DNA from: Phoronis australis
Lineage: Eukaryota; Animalia; Phoronida
Assembly: GCA_002633005.1 (NCBI GenBank)
Contig: NMRA01000512.1
Span: 4,540 to 68,539 of the forward strand
Length of the DNA stretch: 64,000 nucleotides
Direction: 5' to 3'
This document shows, one piece after another, positions 1 to 11,850 of the stretch. Within the stretch, counting starts at the first letter, position 1; every line of letters starts with the position of its first letter. The notes below the pieces were generated by a model. It was given only the letters and a program-made list of their open reading frames with translations. It was not told the DNA's origin and searched no databases. Position numbers and translations under genes: made by a program.

Positions 1-1922
1 AGTCCCTCATGTTTCTTCCAAGAAAGGAAATAAGCTATTGTTCACACATGACTCATTGCCTATGAAAGGGCATCCTCACCAACAAGGCTTATTTGTGTAG
101 CAGTCAGATATAGTTCGTCTGAATACACAGACAGCCCACTGGCACATTGTCTTATGGTAACTTAGTACTGCGATTCACATTTCTCCAGGGCCACTGACTT
201 GCACATTGTGCCATGCAGCACTCTGGTGTGTGGAAGTGCTGTGAGAAGAGAACGGAGTAACAAAGCTTGTCTATGATACAGCTTGAAGTGGCCTTAAAAT
301 GTCACTAAACCTGGAACAAATATTGAAATATGAATAATTAAGTACTCCAGATTGGATCAAAAATGTTATCCCTGTTTTTCAAAAATATATGGTGATTGGT
401 CTACAGGTCCACATAAAAGTAAATAATTACTATTTTCAGATACCAAGGGTGTATATAATGAGTATTGCATAAAACTGTGTCTTTATTTTTTATCCCTAGC
501 CATAATAATTCTTTAAACGCATCCCTTCTCTGTAAAATATACAAGTTTTTTGAGACAACTTCAAACCTTTGTTACCCATTCTCAAGCCTTTTTAATTTTG
601 ATACTTTCAGCAATTTTAAACTCAGATTACAGGTTCATGAGTCTGTCAAGCATACTTCTAGCCTAAGGTTGAAGGAACCGTTTTTCTTCTAATAGAAGAT
701 ATGAAGACTTGGGTCATGGATAATCTTTCTGTTGTTTAAGAGTAACTACAAATCGTAAAGCCCCATCAAAAATGTGATTTTCACAAAAATGGCAGTCATT
801 TGAATTGATAACGACTTGCAACATTTCAAGGCATGAGTTAAGACTATTCAGTCACTGTGAATTCGGAAAATGTAATATATTTTCATGGTTTTACAATTGA
901 TACAAGTAGCAAAACAGTGTCATGAAATCAACTTGAAGGGACTTCATGAAGGTTAAGAATTACCTCACCATGCTCTTTTCCCCAAACATGTATTACCTGT
1001 TATTTCCACACATTCAGTTGTACCAAATATTACAACCCCCTATGCCAATCCCTCCTCTGGACCTGAATAAGTAATTTAACAAAATGACTTCAAAAATAGC
1101 TGTTCCTTTTCAAAGGCTTTGTTCGTTGCCTCCAATATTGAAAGTAGGCTTTGACAACAGATCTGCACTGGATGAGAAGATCTTGTTGGTTAGCTGCAGT
1201 CAAATGCTAAAAACCAATTTTTGTCCATTCAGGGACGGTGCAGAAGCGATGCATATCTCCTCTGCACGGTGCAAGCCTTCAAACCTAAAAACCAAATGTT
1301 ATGTGAAAACTGACGAGATAGATTTCCATTTCAACGTGTAATAGATTTCCAGAAGACATATGATAGGGAGTAAACAAATTGTCTAATGCAATGGATATTT
1401 ATCACTCACGTACCCTTTGTCATTGGAATTGGATTGTAATCTTAACTCATTAACCTGTATCGAGTTGACAGCATAAACATTCAGCATTGATTGATGTAAC
1501 TGTCACTGATAAACTTTTAGAAATCATTCCAATCAATAATAATGCTTTGATGTACGAAAAGATCCCGATTGCTACGTCAAGTATCGTATCACATATCACA
1601 ACATACAAAGATTACCCAGACTCTGGCTGGCGACTGACTGCCGCGAAATCGACATCGGCGAGTGCCTCAGTTAACAGGCATCGGTAGAATAATCATGGAA
1701 TAATCGTTAAAATAATCACAAACCTTACCTTTGTATGAGGTCGTGCTTACTTCCTCTCANTCATAGAAGCACCCTTTTTACGCAATCTCAGATTCAGTTG
1801 GCACGGCTGGAAGCCATTTCACCATGTATTTAAAGGGCTCGCGAAATCGAGGCTGTTAATCTACTGTATCACCACTAGTACACGCACGCCCTCTAGTTAC
1901 TGCAGATTTCCCGAATAACCCC
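1..1922 (-). mobile_element. Right part of a decayed ISL2EU-like (PHIS superfamily) DNA transposon
   Basis: Ends in CCGAATAACCCC|AT, the reverse complement of the GGGGCTATTCGG terminus seen at 26997, with an AT flank. Minus strand ~1800-1729 reads QLNLRLRKKGASMRGSKHDLIQR (SAP-domain-like) followed by a GTAAG donor. Highly similar to 12326-14235. Same right flank as 29775, so probably the same insertion on the other haplotype. Confidence 0.6.
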
Positions 1923-2128
1923 ATTAAGATTTGATTTAATGAAAAAGTACGCTAACGCTGCATAATGTAAAAAAGCAAATTAAGACTCAGTGTCGGCGTT
2001 TCTGAAATTTTTTCTCGAGTCCAAACACTTCTTCTGGAATTTTATTGAAAAAACAATCATGAAAACACACGATTTTCCCTTTTAAAGGTGTGTGGTATAA
2101 ACCATTGATCAATTATTGTTCTTTGCAG

Positions 2129-2216
2129 TTCGTCAATGTGTCGTGACCCGTGTCTCCGTGATTGGAAAATGTGCGAAACATGCATAGATATGTTCAACAG
2201 CATTGGCAAACGAGAA
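2129..2216 (+). CDS. Cys-rich exon of secreted prepropeptide, copy 1 (SSMCRDPCLRDWKMCETCIDMFNSIGKRE)
   Basis: Acceptor TTGTTCTTTGCAG| and donor |GTAAGT. Only the phase-2 frame is open. Homologous to 29981-30068. Confidence 0.7.
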
Positions 2217-2565
2217 GTAAGTAGCGCCCTCGATCGGCAATTTCCAACTCCCATTCCGTTAGCTCTCCTGTGTTTTCGCCCTTGATGAATTACAATGAAC
2301 CATACCTGGAACCAGTCTGATTCAAACAGAACGAGCATCAGCAAATTTAAGTGCTTATGCGTTGTAGAATGCTATTCAAAGCTGCTAGCAGAATCAAGAA
2401 TTTTCGCAAATGTTGCCGTAACGTGATTCCACACTATCTTATTTCTCGTTCGATGCCAAGCTGGGGAGGTGCCAGACGTGGACTCTATGATAACTGACAA
2501 AGTAAAGGTAAAAAGCCTCCACAAAGGCTGACACTTTGAACAGGGTTGTTTTAAAATCATTCTAG

Positions 2566-2628
2566 CTGACGAATGCTCAGCTTCAGGATATCAAGCAGCG
2601 CGCCCTGGAGGAAGGCAAAAAGGTCTAA
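2566..2628 (+). CDS. Last coding exon of prepropeptide, copy 1 (LTNAQLQDIKQRALEEGKKV*)
   Basis: Acceptor TCATTCTAG|, phase 0, matching the previous exon. Identical to 30418-30480. Confidence 0.5.
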   Translation: MTNAQLQDIKQRALEEGKKV

Positions 2629-5600
2629 CTGAGAAGTTTGAAGGAGCCGGGATCTTATGGTGGGTGATGATTTATGAGCTCTGTAACTTAAACACATCAT
2701 GTCACCTATATATTAATTTTGAAAAATAACAAAGCCAACGTTAATGCAAAAACCTAAACCGGTTTTCAAATGACATTTTTTATCATGACAGTTTTTGCTA
2801 ACCCGAAAGGTCAGTTTGACGTAAATTGCGTCTAAAGGCGCAGGCAAACATAAATTACGGGTAGGACTGTGTTTGCCGACATCGGCTTCGCACAACCATA
2901 GCGAAAACTTTATTCAGTAATTAAAGGCTGTGTTCTAAGACAAATGGGCCTTTTGGTCTGGTTTGAATAAAGAAATTCAAAACCTTTTGGTCGCAAGCTT
3001 GTCATTACTGTCACTGCTACCATAACTATTATAGTTGTCGAGAAGCGACACTAACGACACTAACGAAAAGTTTTAAGATCAGGCTGTAAATGTACAACGA
3101 TCCTTATTAGGATCTCCATTGAGTCCAGAGTTCAGCGAAAATTAATAAGAATTTCGCCCTTAGTTTAGGGCCATTACATGAAAAGANNNNNNNNNNNNNN
3201 NNNNNNNNNNNNNNNNNNNNNNNNNNNNNNNNNNNNNNNNNNNNNNNNNNNNNNNNNNNNNNNNNNNNNNNNNNNNNNNNNNNNNNNNNNNNNNNNNNNN
3301 NNNNNNNNNNNNNNNNNNNNNNNNNNNNNNNNNNNNNNNNNNNNNNNNNNNNNNNNNNNNNNNNNNNNNNNNNNNNNNNNNNNNNNNNNNNNNNNNNNNN
3401 NNNNNNNNNNNNNNNNNNNNNNNNNNNNNNNNNNNNNNNNNNNNNNNNNNNNNNNNNNNNNNNNNNNNNNNNNNNNNNNNNNNNNNNNNNNNNNNNNNNN
3501 NNNNNNNNNNNNNNNNNNNNNNNNNNNNNNNNNNNNNNNNNNNNNNNNNNNNNNNNNNNNNNNNNNNNNNNNNNNNNNNNNNNNNNNNNNNNNNNNNNNN
3601 NNTAGGATAACAGTGAAATATTACCACAATTAGGAGACTTTCGCGATATTGTAATGGTAACTGGTTCTCGGATGGTTTCCGGCACACCGGAAGACCCGGA
3701 GTTGTTTGTAAACTAGTATTTCATTCGCATATTCACAATTTAATGAGACAGCATTTTAACACGAGACTGTTGGCGAACGGGCGTGAGTGGTCGCCTGGGA
3801 GCACTTTGCGATGAACGAAGATGGCAAACCCAAAAGTTGCTTATATGCTGCGCCAATGTTGAAAGCGGGCTCCCTGTTTGTAGGTGTTGCAGAGAGACTA
3901 TGGCTTGAGACTTAAGTTTCGAAATGTCATTTTTAAATGACTTGCGAAAGTCTTTCAGTCATGCGAAAAAAGAATAGTTACATTCTGTAGAGTCGTCGGA
4001 AACCATCATTCTGTGTTATTGCAGAGAAGGAGATTCGTCACGCTGGAAGCGAATTGATCGTTTCTCTGTGGGATGCTTCAATTGTAACTGAGTTTTAACA
4101 AATGTGCAGGTGCGTTCCTGCTGCCGTTTCCAAAACGGCACCATGGAATACTCATGCATGTCAAAGTCAGTGTCGCTATCAAGGTTGATATCATCAAGAC
4201 GTTTGCTACCGCGTTGTTGCGTGTTCTTACGGGACGTTTTTGTTGGCGGAGTTCGACTGATTGACCGGCTCCCATTTTGACCTTTGGTTTTGCTAAAATA
4301 CTCAGTGTTCAGTGGTTGGTTTCGGTCTAAGTTGCGTGTTCATATCCACGCAGTGTTTGGCGAAATGACCCACTTGTCGTAGTCACAAATCGTGCATGTG
4401 AAGTGTCGCAACGAGCAGTTGAACCACTAGACCGATGACACCTTAATTCCAATGTTTTGAACAGTTCCGTATCAAAAATCCGTCAATATTGATCGCATCG
4501 TACGCCGTTAAGATGTTGTTGGGTGAGGAACTAGGCCCCTATTCATCCATTATTACTCAACCTAATCACACATCAAATACACGTGATGACACTTGATCCC
4601 CAACAAAAGCAGTTAACCGGCACATTCCAGTTTTCTCTGTTATCTGTGCTCTAAGCGCGCAAAATATCCGATTTGATTTTGTTCATTTGCGACTGCGCAG
4701 AGAAACGTGACAACTTCATCCATCCGGCTACAAACAAGGAACTTGTAAAGTGATCATCATCAAGCGAGGAGTCGTCCTTAACGCCATGCTCTAATATCTG
4801 TTTAATTTCAGCGGATACGAAAAACGCAGAACAAGTGACCTTTCACCACAGCATGAGAGCATCGGGGCGCACTAGTAAGCAGACGTCAATAGAAGTTCAC
4901 AGTGCCAGTCTCAAGCAATCCTCTTTCCTTCGCCCATAAAAACTCGATCCATTTAATTTGGAAGCTCGGAATATCTAGTTGTACGGATGGAAATCCAAGC
5001 GGTTCTAATAAACTTTCAAACTTGTTTCACACTTTTCAATGAAAACAGGTTATCTTATTTTCAAACAGAACGTTACACACAAATGGCTTACATGTACCTA
5101 TGTGTCTTTTAAGTGCTATGGGGTCTCTTCAGAAAAAATATCAAATCATTAAAATATGATCTATGTCTGATGTGCCGCTGGCACACGGTGATGTTATAAC
5201 GTGCGACTTGGATATGATTAAGCAAACATTATTACGATAGAACGCAATGACTTTGTACTTGTTTTGTGAACTTCCAAAATATAGGGTTTGCCATCAGAAT
5301 GCAACACCCAGTTTCCACATAGGTCCATGTCACCAGTGTCCCGTTTCATGACACTTTTTCTGTCGTAAATTAGACCGAAATCAGACTAATGTGAATCCAA
5401 AATCTGTTCGCATTGCTTGAAGAAATTTCTTTTGAATCCAAAATTATGACCGAAATCGATCTAAGCAAACACCGAAAGTTACCATGGCTACGGAGTAGAC
5501 TCGAGATTGGACTTTTGGTCTGAATCACCAACATTTACGACTCTCATTATCTTAAACTGATGAGGAACAAATTTCGTCGATATTTCTATAATCTAATGTC

Positions 5601-5800
5601 GCTATAATCAATGTCAAATTGAAGGTCACAGACATAAAGTTCCACGTTAAAGGCTCTCAACACTTTGTTCAATGCAATGAATATAGCTGCAGCAGTAGCT
5701 AATTTCGCTCAATTACCTCACAAAACCACTATTACGTTGCCACTTTATGATCCCGGATCAACTTCTACAGATGTGCCACACATGTTGAACACGCCCCGCA

Positions 5801-5930
5801 ACAAGGAGTCTAGACACCACAAGGAGTCTAGACACCACAAGGAGTCTAGACACTACAAGGAGTCTAGACACTACAAGGAGTCTAGACACTACAGGGAGTC
5901 TAGACACTACAAGGAGTCTAGACACTACAA
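5801..5930. repeat. 18-bp minisatellite (ACAAGGAGTCTAGACACT) x7
   Basis: Seven near-perfect tandem units read directly; six units in the other copy at 35813-35924. Confidence 0.95.
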
Positions 5931-7342
5931 ACTTAACCATTGCTTTTTGTTATTTCAATAATTGTACCTGTAATCTGAGAAAGTTGAACGCAAGCAAGCC
6001 GACTATTTATATTACTTTATATGAATTACCATGTTGAAAGGGGGTAAACAACTTTGAATATTCAACACATGTTTGTGATTGACAGCAGAAAACCTCGTTT
6101 TGACCAAGGCCATCTATCGTTGTGATTCAGGCCTAAGACGCCTAGGACAAAAATCGATGTTGCTCGCAACAAAAACTGCGCGACATAAAGAATAATACTG
6201 AAATACTTTATGAAGTAGCCTATGTTGTGAGACAAAGACTGTTTTGCTCCTTTTTTGGCATCCTGTGACGAATCCCCTTAATTAGTAATGTATTGCATCG
6301 TCTTAAGGCCCATAGGCCTAAATTTAAAATAATTCCTTTCCCGCAGCCTTTTTTACCCAACTGATTCCCATGTTGGCGCATGCAATGTTCCCTGATAGAC
6401 TCATTCATTAATTCGCATAGAAGAGCACACGCTTTGTTTTTTAAAAATGGACTTGCTTTACATGAACATTTTACCGTATCGCCGTGCTTTATGCACATGG
6501 GCCGTTATCCGAAATAATGTTTTTGCGGCCTTTTTACCGAAGTGGTTCACATATTGGCCCATACGCCTACGTTTCGCACATAAGCGCAGTTCTGCACGGA
6601 CGACTGTGGGCCTTATGGCGTGGCAATACTGTAAACTTTTTTATAAATTATTGTTCGCTTAGTTACTTGCTGTGCAAATTATATGAAGATTAAAGAAGGT
6701 GTACAAATTGTTAGATTCTTAATTGGTGTGCAAACTATTGAAGAAAACGTTCACACAGGACATCCGTAAAACAAAATATAATATATGAAAGCGTAATTGG
6801 ACAACATAAATTTAATGATTTGTCTCAAGGAGTTCATTTATTTACATCAAATTTTCAAGTGATTTTTGCTTCAAAAACGTTGAGTCAATGACAAATACAG
6901 GTAACATCAATCGTGAAAAAACTGAGCACACATGGAATTTAAGTAGATATTTTATGACAAATATGTCTGACAATTATTCAGTTTACAACCAAACAAAAAT
7001 TGGCTGACTTCAAAGATGCTACAGCAATTTCCGCAAGTTAGTTCAGCGTCCGTCCGGTGGTTGACGAATGTGCTGAAAACTGATTTATCGATTCATGACG
7101 AAAGACTTGTCGAGGACTCGTAACAAAGGTCAGTCGTGCGAATAGGTTGCTTTATGTAACTGATCAACAAGTGTTTTGCTTCATTGATTTTGTTAAGTGC
7201 TTAAAATAAAACACTTTCCGTCCAAAAAAAAAACTTTCCCAGGTGGCTGTCGATTTAGCCTCAAATTCGTTTTTGTGATGTTGTTGTATAAAATGCCGTG
7301 CGAAATAACCCCATTTGCAAGACACCGATCAGGTCTTGAAAG

Positions 7343-7415
7343 ATGGCGAACTGCAAGCTCTTGCATGCAAGTTTGTTGTTGTTGGCGCACTTTGTTGTAC
7401 GTGGGGATGCAAAAT
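7343..7415 (+). pseudogene. Orphaned signal-peptide exon 1 of the C-type-lectin-like gene (copy 1)
   Basis: MANCKLLHASLLLLAHFVVRGDAK+T|GTAAGT. Exons 2-4 are missing from this copy because of the deletion junction at 9385. Confidence 0.65.
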
Positions 7416-7736
7416 GTAAGTATTCATAGCTATTTTCGGAGAATTCGTTAATTTCATGCCATCTGTTTCTCCGCAGTACTCCCAAGAACTGTGGGGGGTC
7501 TCATTTTAAGATTACCAAAGAAAAACCTGCAAACATGTCACAAACACGAATACTACAGGGAAATGTCGAAGTTTAGTTTATGTTCTCTCGGTAAACCACA
7601 ACATTTTAGTTGATTCTGACCCAGATGTAATTTCAGATCATGTGTTGCGTAATCTGATCTTAGATCAAAGCAATCACGTATCTCCCAGTGGGATAAACGA
7701 GTCCACGGTTCAGTCCACCATAGTAAATATGTTACG

Positions 7737-7954
7737 GGTAAAGTAAACAAACCAATTGACTTGCGTTTCCCCATGCAAGTGTACTAAAGAGTACGAGATG
7801 TTTAAAACATATATACCAGGCAAGAATTTTACGATGACACTTGGTAAAGTAAACAAACCAATTGACTTGCGTTTCCCCATGCAAGTGTACTAAAGAGTAC
7901 GAGATGTTTAAAACATATACATGTATACCAAGCAAGAATTTTACGATGACACTT
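7737..7954. repeat. ~106-bp tandem duplication present only in copy 1
   Basis: GGTAAAGTAAACAAACC...GATGACACTT occurs twice here and once at ~37727-37830. Confidence 0.9.
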
Positions 7955-8705
7955 GATTTACCTCAAAATCCAACTGCTGCCTGGTGGTCTGATAATTGAC
8001 CTGATTATGCTGCACAACCAGCAGAATTAATGAGGAACATATTTTGGCAACATTAAACAAACGTGTTAGGTCGTAAAAGTCACATTCTTTCTCCAACTTT
8101 CAAAATACGAATCCTAATCGCATCTGCTTTTCACGAAATATTCAAATGTGCTTTTTACAAACTTTAAGAAAGAAATTTTAAATTAAAAATACTACTGTCG
8201 ACCCCAATGTGTTTATGATGGGCCTCGTTTTCTAGAGAACGATAACATCAGCAGCATTAGGCGATTTAATTAACCACAACAGCATGGTGTCTTTGATCTA
8301 AACCGGCAGATTCTGAGGTGCACAAACCGGTCGAGTTGCCCAATCTCAACTGGTTTGGGTGTCATGGTAGGATTCTTTTCATGTATCAACTAGATTGTAA
8401 ATTGCGATGATTTTAGTATTCAGTAATTCGCAAGGTCAGCCACGTTTTCGCTAAGTCCACACCGTGGTCAGTATTCGCAGTTAATAGAAGTTAGCAGTCA
8501 ATAGAAAAAATGCGAGTCTTCAAATTACTTTAACCTTAACTATATTACAATCGCAACTTGTTTTTTGTATGTACTTTATTAATAAAAAGAAATATATACA
8601 GGTAACTGGAGCACGAAAACACATCAACACACTCACTGGAAGCACCCGCGCATCATTGTTTCCCAAACAGGTTAACGTTACGCACATAAATTACGTGCGT
8701 ACGTT

Positions 8706-8974
8706 AATTCTTGTTACATGTGTAAAGTAATTATTTGCGGTATCAAGTACCTTTTGACGGCGTAAATAATTACTGTACTTTACGCCCCAAATTATCACTT
8801 GACGCCGCAAATTATTACTTTCCGCCTCTAACAAGAATTTACGTGCGTAAGCTTAGAGACGCAAAGTAATTATTCACGGAGTAAAGTATTTTTAACAGCG
8901 TTAAGTACATGTAATTATTTGCGGCGTATTTAGTTTACGCCGCAAATAATTTCTTTACGCCTCTTACAAGAATT
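8706..8974. repeat. Palindromic/foldback repeat built of TAATTATTTGCGG / CCGCAAATAAT motifs
   Basis: AATTCTTGTTA...TAACAAGAATT inverted ends (8706-8839) with nested internal inverted motifs, followed by a second similar unit. Other copy at 38572-38840. Confidence 0.7.
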
Positions 8975-9997
8975 ACCTTATACATGTAATTTTGGTGCCT
9001 ATCATTCACTCATTTCGCTAGCTTTAGCGCATTCACCTACCCGTCTACACTGCGTTGAGAGTTGTCTTGGGAAATAGTTGTGTATAACCATTTTCAGTTA
9101 AGTTTTTATTTTAATTAAATAAAAAAATGCTTCGTTGGATATAAAATTATCTCTTTATTATCTTAAAGAGTAAAATTTGGCAATTATTTTTTTACACTTC
9201 GATACGTATATGAAATATTTTAAGTGCAACAAAAGAGGGTTTCGTATCCTTCTAAAGACAGAGTGCTATGCAGAATGGTGAGTGTTGGCCAAGACCATTT
9301 TGTCCACCTGACGTCACACGCATACTGGCGCCTCCAATGGAGGTTAGGAGACTTCGCAGTGGTAGCCTGCCCTTGTAGAGTCTGCGACAGCTTGTACATT
9401 GGAAACTGTGCTTGACCTTTCCTCGCGACGTTCTAAATCCGCTCGTATTCCTCACAAAATAATGACAAAAGAAAATGCATTTTTCCGCGTGAGTTTAAAC
9501 CCCGCCCAATAAACAGTCTATCCAACAGTATTGTCTTGTGGAGTTCTCTAGTACTCGATTACTCTAAGGCCAACGCAGACGGTAAGCTACGCCCCTCGAA
9601 TGTAAATAAGCTCACCCTCCGTAAGCGGCAAAATGAACCGTGAGGATTTTGCCTCGCGAGGCGGTGAGGCGTATGTCTCACTTGTTGGGTTTCTTTGACG
9701 TCGCTTTTGGTTGAAACTTGAAATCCTCACAGTGAGCAATGTGCTTAGCCGATCGGTATTGGTAGCCAACAAAAATTAATTATTGCATCATCTGACAACA
9801 ACAAAATTTATCTCGTTGGCTATAATTGTAATCGTGTATATTCCAGTTACGTTGTTTATTACGAACTTTCATATGTGATTTACGTCAGGTCCTATAACGA
9901 CAACGCGAGAAAATTTCACTCGAGACAGATGTACAGCTCAGATCGTGGCTTTCCGTGTACACTGGCCCTTAAACACATGTTCCTTCAGGGTTCCACC

Positions 9998-10780
9998 ATG
10001 AAGGCAGTAGCGTTACTATTGGCCGTTGCAATGTTGCCACGTCACGTGACTCCAACCTGTGTTGTGCGCAACGCCACGAGAGCTCGCCCAGTCTCGCTGC
10101 AAGTCGGTGACAATGTCCAGGACGGAAGTCTCGTGACCTACTACTGTCTTCCTGGTTGGGTCATGAATGACGAAGGCCATGACGCAATGAACGTAACTTG
10201 TCTCCATGATAACTGGAGTGCAGTGGTCACAGTAATCACGTACCTATCTAGTGTGACATTCTCGTGTAACCTTCCCTTTCAATTCACCAATGGAATTTGC
10301 ACGTTAACTCGCGTGTGCTTACGTCACAACACGTTAACTCCTCCGCTTGACAACGAGTGCGTGGAAATAAAACAAGGAAATAAAACAGCAGACGCGATCA
10401 CAAAGGGAAAGAAGAAAAGCAAAGTTAAAAGAAACCTAACTGTACTGACCATCGTTTGTGGACTATTGATATCGGTGATTTTTCTATCAGCATGTGTGGC
10501 AACCCGCCCGACTTATTGGGTTTTGGACCTGCACCGCCCTTCTGCTCAGAAGATTTTTCAGGCGCGTCGAAGTCTGAGACGTTCCACTTGTAAAGTTGCC
10601 GACATCCCGGCGATTGTCATAACGCCGCCGACACCCGACAGGAAAATGTTGATTATATCGAAAAATACGGTTACACACATCCACAGCACCGAAGTGCAAT
10701 CGTTTGCAGTGAAGACACCGAAAGATGGGTTGCGTGTCACGCCATCTGGACCTATTGGTCGAATTAGTGAACCAAAATGA
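9998..10780 (+). CDS. Sushi/CCP-domain type-I membrane protein, internally deleted copy (260 aa; possibly a defective allele)
   Basis: Kozak CCACCATG after acceptor TTCCTTCAG| (9989). Signal peptide, sushi-like Cys/Trp pattern, TM segment LTVLTIVCGLLISVIFLSACVA. Lacks 69 bp relative to 46989-47840. Confidence 0.75.
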   Translation: MKAVALLLAVAMLPRHVTPTCVVRNATRARPVSLQVGDNVQDGSLVTYYCLPGWVMNDEGHDAMNVTCLHDNWSAVVTVITYLSSVTFSCNLPFQFTNGICTLTRVCLRHNTLTPPLDNECVEIKQGNKTADAITKGKKKSKVKRNLTVLTIVCGLLISVIFLSACVATRPTYWVLDLHRPSAQKIFQARRSLRRSTCKVADIPAIVITPPTPDRKMLIISKNTVTHIHSTEVQSFAVKTPKDGLRVTPSGPIGRISEPK

Positions 10781-11850
10781 AACGTCATAATCATCAAACT
10801 AGAATAGATATAGCTACTAAAGAATGAAAGGACAAAAATTCTTTTGGTTACAAATAAACTTTTCATAAAAGCAAAAATATCATGTTACCCACTTCTCTAT
10901 ATAGAAACTGTTTGCAATGTTTTCAATTGATTATACCCACCTGAAAAGTTCGGGGATTAGTATAATTCCAGTCATTTTCTGTTAAAATCCATTAACTACG
11001 AGTAGATCAAAACTATTCGAAACAAACTAATGCTCTCAACTCAAGTCAACATCAGTTTTAAAACTTCATTGGAAATTTACTTTATTGGTTAGGTGTGACA
11101 AACCCTCTGATCGACCCCCAGTTTGGACAGCATGACCTAATTTGACGTCATTACGACGTTTTGGATTCAATGTGACGGCATGTCTCTTCTTATTTCCGGG
11201 TCCAAATTGGGTCATCTACTACCACGACACGTCATCACTAATGATCCAATCTGCTTCGTGAAACAATCAGGTGTCCTTTTCATGTGATTGACGACTGGGC
11301 ATAAGAAATTGGTATTACGTTCCACACATCTGTTTTTAAAAAAGTTAAATCTCACATAAACAAAAGTGCGATCTCTCAGAATGTAGTACTGTTCTAACTG
11401 TAAGTTATTAAGATAATCTTCAATAAGTTTTTTTTTTTAGACTGTAATGTTCTCGGAATTGCGTACCTAAACATTGTCAGCAATTCTGAAGTAGGAACGT
11501 AAAACCAAATTTTCGTCTTAAGTCTTACGTCACAGTTCTTGAAACAGATCCCCCTTAACAATTACCACACGAAGGTTTGGTCATGTAGTTATTTGCACAA
11601 CACTAGTCTGGAAATAATTTGCACACATTTTCACAGTATATTACAGGCATGTTCTCGCATGCTTTATTCTTTTGCACAAATGAAATTAAATTTAATCATT
11701 TTTCAAAAATATTTACGTGGAGCGCAAAACCAAACTTGTGTCTTAAGACTTAAAAGTCACTTTCATGAAACAGTGGCTAGCAGTATGTCCAGGGTTTTGC
11801 TTAAGGGGACTGTAGTAAAAGAAATGCAGCCGTTAACCGGTTCTAACATN

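Larger units (their letters stand above)
1843..11849 (+). repeat. Duplicated block (copy 1), probably the alternative haplotype of 29687-48909
   Basis: 1843-3186 matches 29687-31038; 3603-9385 matches 33382-39250; 9386-11849 matches 46378-48909. The last ~1 kb looks identical and stops exactly at the single n at 11850. Confidence 0.9.

Noticed and set aside
3107-3687. Long ORFs spanning the N run
   Set aside because: Artefacts of translating the assembly gap.
5801-5930. CRISPR-like array
   Set aside because: Units are contiguous with no unique spacers, no cas genes are present, and the context is eukaryotic.
9875-9997. N-terminal extension of the sushi ORFs from upstream GTG/ATG (also 46866-46988)
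   Set aside because: A good splice acceptor and Kozak ATG directly precede the signal peptide; the extension is most likely intron.
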